From Yuukianura sp. NJ FZ-2021 (taxonomy: Eukaryota), in contig CM102286.1 of the NCBI GenBank assembly GCA_046563655.1, positions 11,470,001 through 11,534,000 on the forward strand: a DNA stretch of 64,000 bases, given 5' to 3'. Both the position numbers and the translations under genes were made by a program. Positions within the stretch are counted from its first letter, which is position 1. The number at the start of each line of letters is the position of its first letter. The notes under the pieces were generated by a model. It worked only from the letters and a program-made list of their open reading frames with translations. It searched no databases and had not been told where the DNA came from. Below are positions 35,074 through 56,300 of this stretch, piece by piece.

Positions 35074-38000
35074 ATGAAGCTACTGTCTGTAATATTTTCA
35101 AGTTTATTAATTCTTTGTTTACCGCAAACTGCAAACAATTCTTGGATCCAGACAACAAAGGTATAAATTTAATTTTAATACTGTTAAGCATACTTATTAT
35201 GTAATGTCGAAATTTGTTTCTCACAATCTCACTTTAAATAAAAATCTGGTTAATTGTACAATTTTAAAAGTACCTTGGTAATTAACCTTTGGAAGATCAC
35301 GAAAAGCTGGAGCAATATGTGCAGTGACGAGACGACTACGTGTAATCGTAGTAGAAGAAATTTCGAATGTTAAAAACCCTCCTGTGTTAATCGTTGTTTA
35401 AGAAAAAAGTGATTAAAAACGGTTTACATCATTAACATAGTTAAAATTTATTTAACCTAATTAAAAAACACTAGCGTTGTTAGTGTTAGCTAATATGACT
35501 CAAATGGCTTAAGAAGACGTGAATTACCATTGCTTTTATAATCGAAATTAATCGAAATGTGCTGAAAAATTGTCAAAAAAATTACATCAGATCAGAGTTT
35601 AACGCGCAATAAGTAATCATTTAGTTTTCTCCCGCCAAAAGATCAATGCTAATGCACAATAGCTTCATGTTGGCATAAAGTTACCGTAATAAGCCAGAAA
35701 CTCAAATTTTATTAGGAACTATTATTGCTTATGTTATGTTATTGCTTGTATTTATATAATTGCATGGTTCTTTATGATCCTAGAGTCGGATAAGTCGTTG
35801 CACTGGTTCTGCTTGTTCATCAATGAAACAAGGCGATAGTACAAAAACTTGCCAGTATGAACGACAGGAGCGACTTCGACTGGTTCAATTAACTAAGACT
35901 GAGCAGTACGTTCCAGAATGTATTGATGCTGGAAGGTACTTTGCCCCCAAACAATGTCATCCGGGTACAAAGGCCTGTTGGTGCGTGATGCCAAGTGGAA
36001 AACCAATTGCTGGAAGTACAGTATATAATGGAAACGCAAATTGCCCCAAGTATGGCCGGGGATCTATAATGTCTCGGAGATCTTCAGCAACGACAGCGAA
36101 GAGAAAAAAACGTCGAAGTTTGTACTATGATACGTCTTAATATTTCATTTTCGCTTTTATAAACACATACATAATGACAGAGATTTTGTTTTTGTATAGA
36201 GTGCGATTCAGCGGATAGGGCTAAATTCAATTCCGAAGTTGTGAAGAAGTTCCGGTCTGAATTCAACCGTTTTCGTACATTGACATCACTGCACTCAGGT
36301 AATAAATTCTGTCATACCATATCTTGTGGCTATCATGTTTGTGTAAACTGTACAATCCTGCAACATAGATTTTTTTACTGCAACATAGATTTGGATTCAA
36401 ATGACGACGCGGTCGTGCTAGGTTGGAAGTTCGACCACTTAGATAAGGATACAAATGGAGTACTTAGTAAAAATGAAACAGAAAACCTTAAACGCCTTGT
36501 GAAACAGCAAATTCAGCCAAGGCCTTGTGCGAATTCCTTTATTCCGTTTTGTGGGCAAAATGACAAGCAAATTACGAAGATGGAATGGTTAAATTGCTTA
36601 CGCTCATCTGCCGCGACAATTCCAGGCCGTGAGTATTTTTTATTCTGTTTAATTCACTGCTAACCTTCAGATGGACACCACCCTTCGTGAAATCAACTAC
36701 CGCTAGCAAAACAGTTCTCGGGGTTTTTGTGTGCAACAAATTTTCAGAGCTTCGAAGATGTTGTTTAATACTGGACACTTCGTCCTGACAAACGACATAT
36801 GCAAAGGAAAATTTTAGGACATTCAAACACATCCTAATAACGTAACAACTTTTTAATTTATTATCCGCAATGCCGATTTTGTCTAATAATCCAGAAGCGT
36901 TTCAATACACCTCAGACGTTTAGGTAGCCTAAACCAGGACCATCAATATTTACCCAGCCGCCTATGTAAACTTAAGCAATAAATTCAAATTTAAAGACGG
37001 ACCTTTGTTGTTCCTTTTCGTAGTCCCATTTGCCACTTTCAAATCTCTTGTGGATTCAAGTTCCAGAGGTCCGCATTACGTTCAACAGTTACAACCAGGT
37101 TCGTAAATATTTTTGTTTTCATTTCGCAGTTTTCCATCATGGGGCAAAACTAGTCAGTGTCCACAGCATTCTCTATCTGATCGTTTAGCTTCTTTTTTTA
37201 AATTTATAATATTTCTTTTAATGTTACGGAGACATGGTGGTAGCGCTGGATACGAGCCGGAATTAGGGAAAAAAACTTCCATTCGTAGCAAATCTGCAAG
37301 TCGCTTTACGGCTTAGACACGTTGTGACAACTTATTAGAGTCACAGTGTCATTTCTTCGACCACTTTACGCTTGATTTTACCCTGTAAATGCACACAAAA
37401 CGCTAATTAAAGTCTTCTGACGTTAAATACCAGTTTTTGGAAAGTATACGTTGTGGTAGGATAACGATACATCGACATTATTGTAACATTATTGCTATAA
37501 CCTACCTAACTTGACCTTTCTAAAACTCACTTACATTCTAACCTATAAGAAAATATTGAACAAACGTTTTTTTAGTTGTCGATGTGATGCAACTCCATAA
37601 AAAACCTCTATTTTTGTCTATAGTTTCGTCCAGCACGAGGCTCCCAATTGTACACCCCAGAGAAAGCAGAAAAGAACTTGTGGCAGAGTTTAGTAACTGT
37701 TGGACTGATCGACAGTACGCGTTGTCAACTCAGCAGTTGGATTCTGAGAAATCAACTATCATACCAGAATGCACGCCAGATGGGAAGTATCGCAGGACTC
37801 AGTGTGCAAATGGTAAACAAAGAGAAAATTTAGGAGTAACTAATGCTCCTTTCAGTAAAAACCTAAACGTGCATGCCACTCTTAACTTAAAAGTTCGTTT
37901 TATTTAATACAGGGCGTTTATATTGTTGGTGTGTGAATGACACAACCGGACTCGAAATTATGAATACTGTCTCAGTTAATTCAGTGCCGAACTGTGAGAA

Positions 38001-39124
38001 ATTAAAAAACGGTAAGTATAGTCCTTAGCATATATTCGCCTTTGTATGGTTTTAACCAGCAAATCACCTAACAATTCATGTATGCATTGGAACCGTTTCA
38101 AGTTGTAAAAAAAAGTTTGTTTTCCAAGAACTGGGCAATAAGAAAAATGGAAAAGATTTCTAACAACAAACGGGAAATCACAAAGATAGGAAATTGCGAT
38201 CAAAATGTATAATCAAAACCAGCATTTTTGCACGCATTTTATATTTTACATCTATTATATAGCATTCATTTTTACAGAGTGTTTTGGGAAACGAAAAGAA
38301 GAATTTCTGAAGCACCTGATTGAAATGTACTCAACCATGGTACAATCGCTGGATCGACTCCATCGTTCAAGGTAAGTCTTAGGCGAATACCATAGAGAAT
38401 GTTTGATGTCTGACACATTGGCAATTGTGTACAAAATACCCACATAGTGATAGCTACGAAGTTATACCTAGTATCATTTAATATTTAAAACATTCTCTCA
38501 CTTGTATCACTATCTAATGTGTTCGGAGTACGGTTTATGATGTAAAAGTAATATTGCAATTTACTAAGTATTACATGATACCCATTACAATGTACACGAT
38601 ACCATGGTATCGTGTGCCCTTGATCTTGTACCGATGAATGTATTTAGTTTGCAAAAGCTTTTATATTACAAAAGTGGTATTTTGTTTATATTCTAGTAAC
38701 CAAACACAAGATGCTGACGGGACCCACTACACACATCATGTTGTAAAATTAAGCTTTGAACGACTCGATCATAACAGCAATGGAGTACGTATGGCTATTT
38801 ATGGAAACATTTACCATCGACTAGTTTATACATAGTTGTTAAAATTAAATTGCTTGCATTTAATTACAGTTCTTGGACAAAGAAGAATGGGCTAATTTTA
38901 AAAACGAGACTAGGGGTTTGCCCAAAGTAAGGGGATGCGGCAAGAAATTTTTACGTCAGTGTGATACAAACAAGGATTCCAAGGTTTCATCTATGGAGTG
39001 GATGCGGTGTTTACAACTCGCAGGTCCTCAAACCCCGCAGTCCTCCTCTCGACGAAACTCGCAAAGATCTAGTGGAGGACGCCGTGTGGGAAAAAATCCA
39101 TTTACTAAAATACTGCAAAGATAA
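35074..39124 (+). CDS. SMOC: SPARC-related modular calcium-binding protein (SMOC; pentagone/magu-like), about 9 exons
   Basis: Signal exon 35074-35160 (MKLLSVIFSSLLILCLP). Thyroglobulin-1 domain YVPEC..G..APKQCH..CWCV..GKPIAGS; EF-hand EC domain WKFDHLDKDTNGVLSKNE; second TY domain IPECTPDGKYRRTQC..YCWCVN; second EC domain FERLDHNSNG..DKEEW..CDTNKDSKVSSMEW. Confidence 0.85.
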
Positions 39125-40206
39125 CCATGGACTTTACATATTATATTTTTCGAATTAACACCGTTTTTCCTAATCCTTGATTAGATTCCAAGAAACAGTT
39201 ACCTTTTAATCTACAAGGATTTATTGTCAACCCGTCAACTGAATGCAAATTGTGACGGGCACCGTAACCAGATTTCAAAAACCTATACCAACTGAATCCT
39301 GAATTTACTTTGTTAGCTAACTCCAGTTCCAGTACCAACGACTAACATTTTAGACAGTTGTATGCATTTATGTATCTACGGTCTACGCTAAGAATTCACG
39401 AAGCACTCCAATATTTATTAACAAGAAACGATACGACTTTCAATAAATTTTTGAGTTACCACGAAGTATTAGGATTAACATTCGATGCAATTATTTTTTT
39501 TAATAGCTGCTAATTCAAATGTTCAGTGTTGAGAAGAAGCAAACTTTGTACAATGCTGCTTGACAGGTATAGCTTTCATCAAATAAAAGGAAGGTTAGCC
39601 CGTGCATGCAAGACTCCTACTACTTAATAATGCAAACGTGATAATGAGTAGCTTATAAAACAATACAGTTTTGGATCTACCCGTCGGAACCTCCTTCGCA
39701 ACTTAAATCCTCCGTCTTTATAACCTTCATGCCATTTTTTAATAACTTCTCTTCGGTCAGAGGGAAACTTCTGTATTGCGACCACGCTGTTCGATCTGTT
39801 ATGGTTACTAGTTGCTAAGTTACCACTGTCGAACTTGAGTAACTCCACTCCTTCAGTTGTCCTCGTCTAAAGCAAGGTGAAACAAAAATCGAAGCTAAAT
39901 TTCAGCTATACAAAGTAACTCAGGAATTGCACTTAACAAATAATAGCTCGTACCTCTCTCGTAGACGTTTCAAATTTTCACGCAACCAAATTTCCGCTGG
40001 AGACTAAGACTTAAAACATAAAAGTTTTCAAGGAACAATTTAGTTACAGTTAAGTGCTTGTGTGCTGGTGTACCAGGTAAAAATTTACACTAGTTTACTG
40101 CTTTTATCTTACAACTTTTTCTTATATGTAAAAAACAACTTTCTCCGCCAGTTAGACTTCATTTTAAGAGCAGATCAGGTTTTCTTAAAGGTTTTCTATA
40201 ATCGCA

Positions 40207-41775
40207 ATGGGTTGTGGGGCTTCCCGGAACGACATAGTAACTCCATCGGACGCCTCCTCAAAGCCGGCATTAAAAAAGAAGAATGATACAATAAACTCAG
40301 AAACAGCTAATTTGCGTTTGGAAACCAAGCAGGTTCCAGGAAACGACTTCCACGAAAGCAACACAGCAAACGGAACTGAAAGTCTGAACGACACTGACAC
40401 ATCACCACCTTATACGAGAATAGCCAACATGAATAGCATCGACGAGAATCCGTCAAAACTGCGACGTCCAGGTGAGATGGAACTCAAAGTATAAATGAAA
40501 ATTGGTGCACAATCTAAGCAATAATGTGCCACTTCACAATCAGTTTACCACATAACAAAATCAAACAAAAGCTGACTATAATTCTAAGACAACTTTTAGT
40601 CAGTCATGTTTATGATGCCATCAAGATAAGCAAAGAAAGACAGAGTTGAGGCAGCCATCAGATGGGATTTCACTTGCAAAATTATAAAAACTTTGGGCTA
40701 ATTAAGTATGTATAGTAATTTTACCCTCCGACCTTGATACATGAAAGCTTATTCTTTAAAACTAAAAACCTATCCCTGAGCACCGTTCAAATGTTTAAAG
40801 GTCGGGGAAAACAAGCTTTCGATTGAAAACGAGCAAATGCCAAACGAGCAAAACCGCCATGTGCATTATAGATTCACATCATATACTCGAAATTTCAGAT
40901 CCAGTTTCATTTGAAGTACCGGTTGAAGAGCAAGGATCAGCAGAAGCCGAATCGCTAATCAAGCGGCACCCTCCGCGCCGTTTGCGAAAAGCAGTGGAAG
41001 AACAGCAGAAAGAAACTTATCCTGCGCTTACCCAACAACTCCTTATGCAGAAGACGGAACTCGCAAACGAAAGGCGAGCACAAGTAAGCGTTGCAAAGTT
41101 TTTCAAGAACAAACTATCAATCCTGCGTCATTGATAAAAGAGACCTCTCCTCCATCTAAAGTTCAAAATGCCCTCCTTAAAAAAATATAAGTTATTGATT
41201 GGAAACAAGGTGAGTTCACTAGGAACCTGGTAACGTAAAGTTTGGTTCAAAGTTTGCATGTAGGCATACGGTCCAAACAAACCAGGGAATGTTATATACC
41301 GTGTTGTTCAGCGAAAAGTAGACACCAACAAACTCAAAAGTTTGTTTATTTACAAAATCCTCGGGGGCTATTAGTACCAAATTCAAAAAAAAATACGCCA
41401 TATAATACAAATTCGCTTAAACGCAAATACGCTTATATTACGAAATACGCGTATTTTGTTTGTTGGTCTAAATCTTCCCCAGAAATCGTAAATTTTACAA
41501 AAAATGCCATGGAAACAATTTTGGGGGTCTACTCTTTGCTGAACAACACGGTATAATACAGGCCGTTCCGCCTAATGAAAAAGATTTCTCTGAGCTTAGT
41601 TGTCAAAATCTGTACAAAAAAAAACAGGATTGATTTGTAATGAAAATTTACGTTACCGTTTATTTTGTCTTTAATTTTTCAACAGGCTCTAAATAAGAGG
41701 ATTGCCAGTGCCAGACAAAAGTCAGCTCGTATAGTCAACAATGTGGTTGACCTACCACAAACGGAAACTTTCTAA
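40207..41775 (+). CDS. Small N-myristoylated/palmitoylated protein with stathmin-like C-terminus (STMND1/CCDC198-like); exons ~40207-40471, 40899-41083, 41686-41775
   Basis: MGCGAS N-terminus; SFEVPV...HPPRRLRK...LTQQLLMQKTELANERRAQ|ALNKRIASARQKS. Canonical splice sites keep the frame. Confidence 0.65.
41297..41553. mobile_element. Tc1/mariner-type MITE in an intron
   Basis: TIRs taccgtgttgttcagcgaaaagtagac / gtctactctttgctgaacaacacggta, flanked by TA on both sides. Confidence 0.72.
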
Positions 41776-42406
41776 AAGTATGTATTTACTACACACTTGA
41801 ATAATCTCGCCTAATCCTCACTGTATTCTTGTTCAGATACTCTCACACATATTATTCGAATTTGGTTTAATAAATTTTCAAATACTTCCAAACTTCATAC
41901 TCTTGCCTTTCATTTTAAAGCAAAATTTATAAGCACGACACGAGTACGAGATTTAGCTAGTATTTGTTACTAATTGAAACGGCAGACTTCAAATTGTAAG
42001 CACACTGCCGACCTCCTCTTCTCTTTAACGACATTTCTTGTCTAATATAAAGTAATTGAAGTGTTCAGTTCAAAAGCATTATGCTTAATGTAAAATGCGG
42101 AGAAAGTGACTTTATTCTTTTACCAATGGTCAGGCTTTAGGAATTTCCGGGGAAGTTTTGATTACGCAAGGTTTTACAAGAGTTTGGTGCATGTTTGACA
42201 ATAGTCATGTCATAATTGAAAGGTAACAAAGCATTGCCTCTGTAGTGCCTCACTATTCTCAGCCTGGCATAACATTTCACTGGAGTTGACGTTGACTTTT
42301 TAGCAGTAGTTGCACTTATTAATGTTATTGTTAGATTCTTAACTTTTTATTCAAACCTCTGTTCTTTAACAGCTAAATCATCCTAAAGTGTTTGTTTTAG
42401 TTTGAA

Positions 42407-50376
<7,970 letters not shown>

Positions 50377-53300
50377 CTAAAATCAAAACAATTACAAATT
50401 AATTATTACAAATTACAAATCAGAATAACATTTGGATTAGACGAGGTAAAATGGTAACCAAATTCAACAACCGCTTCAATGTTACGCATTTTTAACATTG
50501 CAGTTGCCGGTTTGCCAGTAACAGGTCACCCCAGTATCTGCTTGGTTTAAACTGGGATATCTTTGATTAAAGCTCCTAAAGCTAATTCAGTCCTACCGCT
50601 AATCGTTTGCGGGATTTGTCATTACAATGCCACATTTTGTACCTGCCCACTTTGTCTTCTAAGTTCAGGATCATCAATTGTTTCCAAAGAGTTTTTTTAA
50701 GTCTCGTATGTGTAGTCTCCCTGCACTTTTTCACTTTCACCTATTTACTTCCGTGTTACTTTGAAATTTTTTTTTTACTTAAGAAATTTTTTTTTTCAAA
50801 TTTGACAACCTTTTTTATAAATTCATTCTTTCTTGTTAATTACTTTTTCTCCGCATATTTGTAGATGAATATTAAATGCTTTCTTTTTTCCGCAATCTGC
50901 AATTATTTTTACTTTCCAGTTCTGGAAAAATTTTCGGATATTTATAGACATAATGAACTGGGTCTAGCTTAAAGGTCAGGGAAGAAAGAACAGATAAAAC
51001 AATTTTCCAATCTAAGGAAATTGATGTTACTTCGGTTACTAGGTAACGAACATTTAGTGGTTTAGTTCGACATCGCGTATTAACGCGTAGGAGCATTCCC
51101 CAACAAACTAAATTAGCTAACATCGGCTTTTTCAGATTAAATTTGTGACCGCGTTAGCATATAGCTGGAAAGTCTATGAGAAAAGCTCGTAAGGGGAAAT
51201 TCAATTGGGATGTTTTAAGAATAAAATCAAGGACGATTGAACCAACACAAGTATTTAACCGCCATTGCTCCTTTGCTAGGACTTTTTATCGATTGTCCAC
51301 TTTGAGTAAATAAAAATTTAACATGAGTACTGTTATACTCGGTTGCTTCAAGTACTACCTTTGACGCTACGAAGAGTCACGAAGTCGGTCACAGACACAA
51401 TCACACTTTACTTTGAAAACAAGGAGATAGAAATAGTAGTAGATTCAGTTACTGTAGTTAGAAGGGGGGGAATGGGACTAGAAGAAGTTCTGGAAGAATG
51501 CGCACTTCTTTAAAGTTGCCTCTTCAATCTTTGCAATCCACGAACGAGCAGACAGACTCCTTCCTTCATATAACGCTTTACGTACTTCCCAGATACACTT
51601 TCCCGGCAAATAAAAATAGATCCTACTCGACTTGCGTTTAGGAAGATCCCATGCTCTATAGTTAATCGGCAACATTTGCACATCTATGACAAATGTTTCT
51701 AAGTTCGTCGTGTCATTCATATGCCAAACTACGTTGTCGATCACACGATCAAATACTTTCAATTCAAGTTCGTTCCGAATAGGTATTGCAACCTTACAAA
51801 CAGAGCGATAAGCGTAAGGTAGGCAAATGTAAAATCTCTGATAATAGGCGAGGAGAAAGACTGCTTTCCCTGAACTTCATTTTCGAGACACAATTCTTTC
51901 GCCTCTTATAGGAATCTTCTAAATAAGCGAAGAAAGAGATACTTTCATAGCGATTGCAGTAAGTGGCTATGAGTGGCACGTGATTTGACCTTTGGTTTTT
52001 GGGATGGTCAGAAAGTCAAATTACTATATGTTGAAAATCAAGCGTGGTGAATGTTTTCTACTTCTAAACTCCTTGTAAGAAACTATTGAAGCTTAAGGTT
52101 TAGCCATAGGAAAATCATTCACCTTGTCACCGCACAATCTCCAAAAGTGTAGGTCAAGGGTCAAAATAACTTACACAAAACAGTTTCGGATTATCAGAGT
52201 TGTGTTGTGAATTATACTACTACATAAAAATTTCCTTTTCATCACCATCACCAATCCTTGGTTGACGGCACAAACATTCAAACAAAAAAAAATTCAAAAA
52301 ATCTTTACAAAATAAACTAGTACACAATAAGTAAAAAATGAGTAAAAAAATGTAGAAAATGAACAATAAATGGACTGTTTGGCATCAAGTTTACATAATC
52401 TACGGCGTGGAATAAGTGCATTTAACTTGTTTACATAAAGAAATTGTGTTTTGTGACACAAAAAAAAATTAAAAACGTAAAAAGTTAACAGTTCTGCCGA
52501 TCCAAGCGGTCCAATTCGAATTTATTTCTAAAAACTTACTGGCTTTAGTACCGGGTGGGAAAAAACAATCAAACTATTAAATCGACAGTGGAGACTCATA
52601 CTATCTCGGTATATTGGGCTTGTGTAATCGTAAGCACCTGCAGCAAGATAGCAAATTGTAATCGCTGCAACGCTTTGTAGACTGTCACTATCAGTTGACA
52701 TGAAATGACCTTGTCAATGGCTACCCCAAACTCGCCCAATTCCAATTCAATTGATTAAGCTCGTATTAAAGTTGGTCGTACTTTTTTGATGGAAATCTAG
52801 TCTACGAATTTAAGCCGGAGCAGAGAGCCGAAATTTTTGCTCAGGGAAGTTTACATAGATTTTGCATTTTATGAATAACGTTTTTAATATTTAATTGTAT
52901 ACGAAGGCCTGCTTTGACATAACTATTTCAATGTGACTCTCATAAGTTAGTAATCATTCTATAAAGAAAAAGGAAAACTCTAACCAAATACTTTAGTGAA
53001 ATCAAACTCTTTTTTTGTATTTAGTTTTTGATTTAAGGTAGCCATTATCATCGTTGTACACACTTCGCGTTATGCAAACTTTTGAGTTTTCTCGATCCTA
53101 TGTACTTCAACAGTCGTTTACGTTTTATTAGCAAATGACAAGCGCTTTCCAAGGTCTGCAAATAGAAATCAACAGCGCATGTTGTCTTCCTTAATGCTGC
53201 AAAGCAAAGAGGATTTTTTTTTTGCCGTACGAAGAGATAACTGCATCGGTTAAGTGCCTTCCAATATTCCGTTCCAATCGCGCAACCTAAAAAATTTGAT

Positions 53301-56300
53301 AGAAACCTTTTTTTTTTAATTTTTGAAATATTCTAAAAACTTTATGAGTCTGGTAGGGCATGTGAATGAAGCGAATTGTAACTGTAACTTGTCGTCTGAA
53401 CATCAGAAACTTCTTTTCAGTTCCTTTAGTTAGATTTTCTTCTAGAAATTGTTGGACAAAAAAACATCATTTAATTCTTCTTCAGGAAATTTTTAAGTTA
53501 CTGATAGTTTTTTTCGGAGCCGCCGTATTGGGAAAATATAAAACAAGGTTCCATGAAAAATTCACACAAACCTTATTCGCTGCATTGATTAAGCATGCTA
53601 ATCCCACGAATTACGTTAAATTGAACCTACACTTTAGAGACATAATTCTCACCCACTTTAAGCTATAAAAAATGAAGTGACAAAAAACCAGGGCAACTAA
53701 GATTAAGTAGAAGTCTTTCCCTATATGAACTACGTCATATGATGGAATGAGAAAACCCAATTTCATATGAATGATGCCGACCGGCAATGTCGCTTCTGGA
53801 ACCTTACAACACTCTTGAAAATTTCGCCATGCTACAAAATGTAATGTACGAAATTCATTTTCTTTTAATAAATAAACTTCGCCACTTTTTGCTGCGGAAC
53901 TGCGCAGACTCCAAGTCAACACCAGATGAAAGTAAACAAGCAGCGGTGAATTGCAAGTGAAAGTTCCAGTGTAAAGAGCAATTGATAGTTTGATATTCCC
54001 GGTTTGACTGTCAAAAGCACTGCTGGAAATTGATCAATTACCCACAATTCCTTTGGAGCCAAGGTTTGTTGACTGATTTTCTTTAACAGGTTGGGTAATA
54101 CGTCATGGTTTTTTTGATTTTGCAAATAATAGTCTTTTCATTTCAGGGCATCGTAGTCATGACAATACAGCCAATTTTTTAAAGTTTTGCATAAGAATTG
54201 GTACCAATTTTTGGATTGGAATTAATTTTTTTTTTCGTTTTTTTTTGTCGACAAGTGAGGTAGTACCCAACCTGTTAAGATAATTAACTTTTCGTTGTCA
54301 AGGAACCTTGTTTGGAGCTTCCTTCTTCCAGGAATCCTTCCTAATGGCTGATGCTTAAAAAATAAGCTTTAACAAAAAAAAATAATAGGAAGTCCTAACC
54401 TTTAGCTAAATCAGCAGCGCCGAAAGCTGGAACCAATGAAACTGAAGAGTGACCTGATTAAGTGAGCAAAGTGCAGAGCAGATATGAATCGAGATCTGCT
54501 ACCAGAACACTATTTGGTAACACTCCTCTCTGCACCCTGGCTACTTTCTGTCTGCTCGGACTTGTGAGTTTAATTCGTGTACATGATTGAATTAATTCCG
54601 AAAACCGTGCTGGCTCATTTACTTGGACATGGAACAGTCCCACACCCATATCCAATGTTAACATGAGGTCCCCATTCACCTAGTTTGTTCCCCGATGCTG
54701 CCCAAGCTCTCTGTCGATCTCATGAATTGCACCCATGTCTCAGAGGCCGGCAGGGAAATCCTCCAAACCACGACAAGCACCCACTTAACATCTCTTCTCC
54801 AGTTTATCAGGAGTTATATGGAATGAACCATAATTTCAATATAATAAGTTACGTAAAAGCAAAGGCCAACAGAAGCCGTGGAATATGATCCAAGTCAAAA
54901 GGAACCAGTCATAACTGGCTTATTATTGATTAAACACAGAGGAATATGGAGAGACAGCAAGGATTTCTTTAAGTACAATTCGCACATCCTACTTCCATCC
55001 CTACCTTCTGCACAAACGCTTTTTCTGCTACATCTCCGCTGTTTGCGGTTGCAAAGTCAAGCAAATGTGCTCTGCTGACGCACAAACGTCTTTATATTCT
55101 ATAGCCTAGACACTCTAACGTATCTCGCCTAACTTCGCATGTTACAAATTATCACCAAGTGTCATAAAAACCTAAGTTGTCATATTAGCTACTGTGTGCC
55201 TCTCGCTATATAAGTTTTGGCTGAATATTTCATCTATCGTGTACTTGTCTTTGGGGATTAGCGGTTTTATCTTGAGTACAACGGCGGAAGTACTTACACT
55301 TCAGAAAAATCAAGTATTCAGCTCATTTATGCAATCTCACAAAAAGACGAATTCATGTAGAGTGTGTGATATTTCACTAATTGTGTTTTTTCAAAAAAAA
55401 AATCCTGACGGGTGAAGTTTGACGATAGAACTTACAACAATTTTGTAGGCAATGCTTTTATGTAATACTACGTTTGACTGATTACAGCTAACTTTAGCAA
55501 AAAAAAAATCGAGAGAACTTGATATTTTACTTTGCACAGTCGCATCTTCGCATCACCTGGCATAAAATTTCAGAATTTTTTTTGAAAGTGTGTCAAAATG
55601 AATTTCTTTTTCATGTAGGAATGGAACTCATTTTTATGGTTACTGCTGAAGCTCTTTGCTTTTAGTAATTGAATTCAGGCGCATGAGGTCAAGGTGTAGT
55701 CTAGAGATTAAGACTGTCATAACCAGACTTTCACCATATACGTCATGCCAAACCTAAATTCAACTCATTTCTCATATTTTTATGAAGACTTTCGAAAATC
55801 CAACTCTTAAATCCGGTTATTATTTTTTCACATGCGGGCTCTCGGAATACGATTACACTGTAACGTGTGTAAGGTTTTTTTTTGGTTTAGGTGAAAATAG
55901 TTATTTTTAGTTTTAGAAATATCAAACATATGAAATAAACTTCTCTGGTGAAAGAAATTGTAGAAACCGCGGGAAGTATTGAACTCGTGTCTAGATATGG
56001 CAAATTCAAAGTGTCACGATAGGACGTAAATGCTATTTTTCAAATCCCCTATATAAATTTGATGAAAAGGAGAATATGGAAATGCAGTTTTAGAATAACA
56101 AAAGCGTTGGAACGGGCTATTGAACGAGCTGTAATACAAAAGTATTCAATAGTTGCAGAACAGGTTCCATTGTAAACAACTTTTACTATTGGAACTTATT
56201 TAGGCTGTTATATTTTAGTACATACATCTTCATAACTAAGTATACTATATAAAATGTGTTTATAAAATGTCTTGATTGCTTTCACCATTTTCAGTGTACC

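Noticed and set aside
51478..51979. Two adjacent minus-strand ORFs upstream of the Atpalpha coding exons
   Set aside because: Non-ATG starts, no similarity to Na,K-ATPase N-termini and no recognisable domain.
54420..54830. Possible LRR pseudogene fragment (LSVDLMNCTHVSEAGREIL in one + frame)
   Set aside because: Only one repeat-like motif among stops; not supportable without a search.
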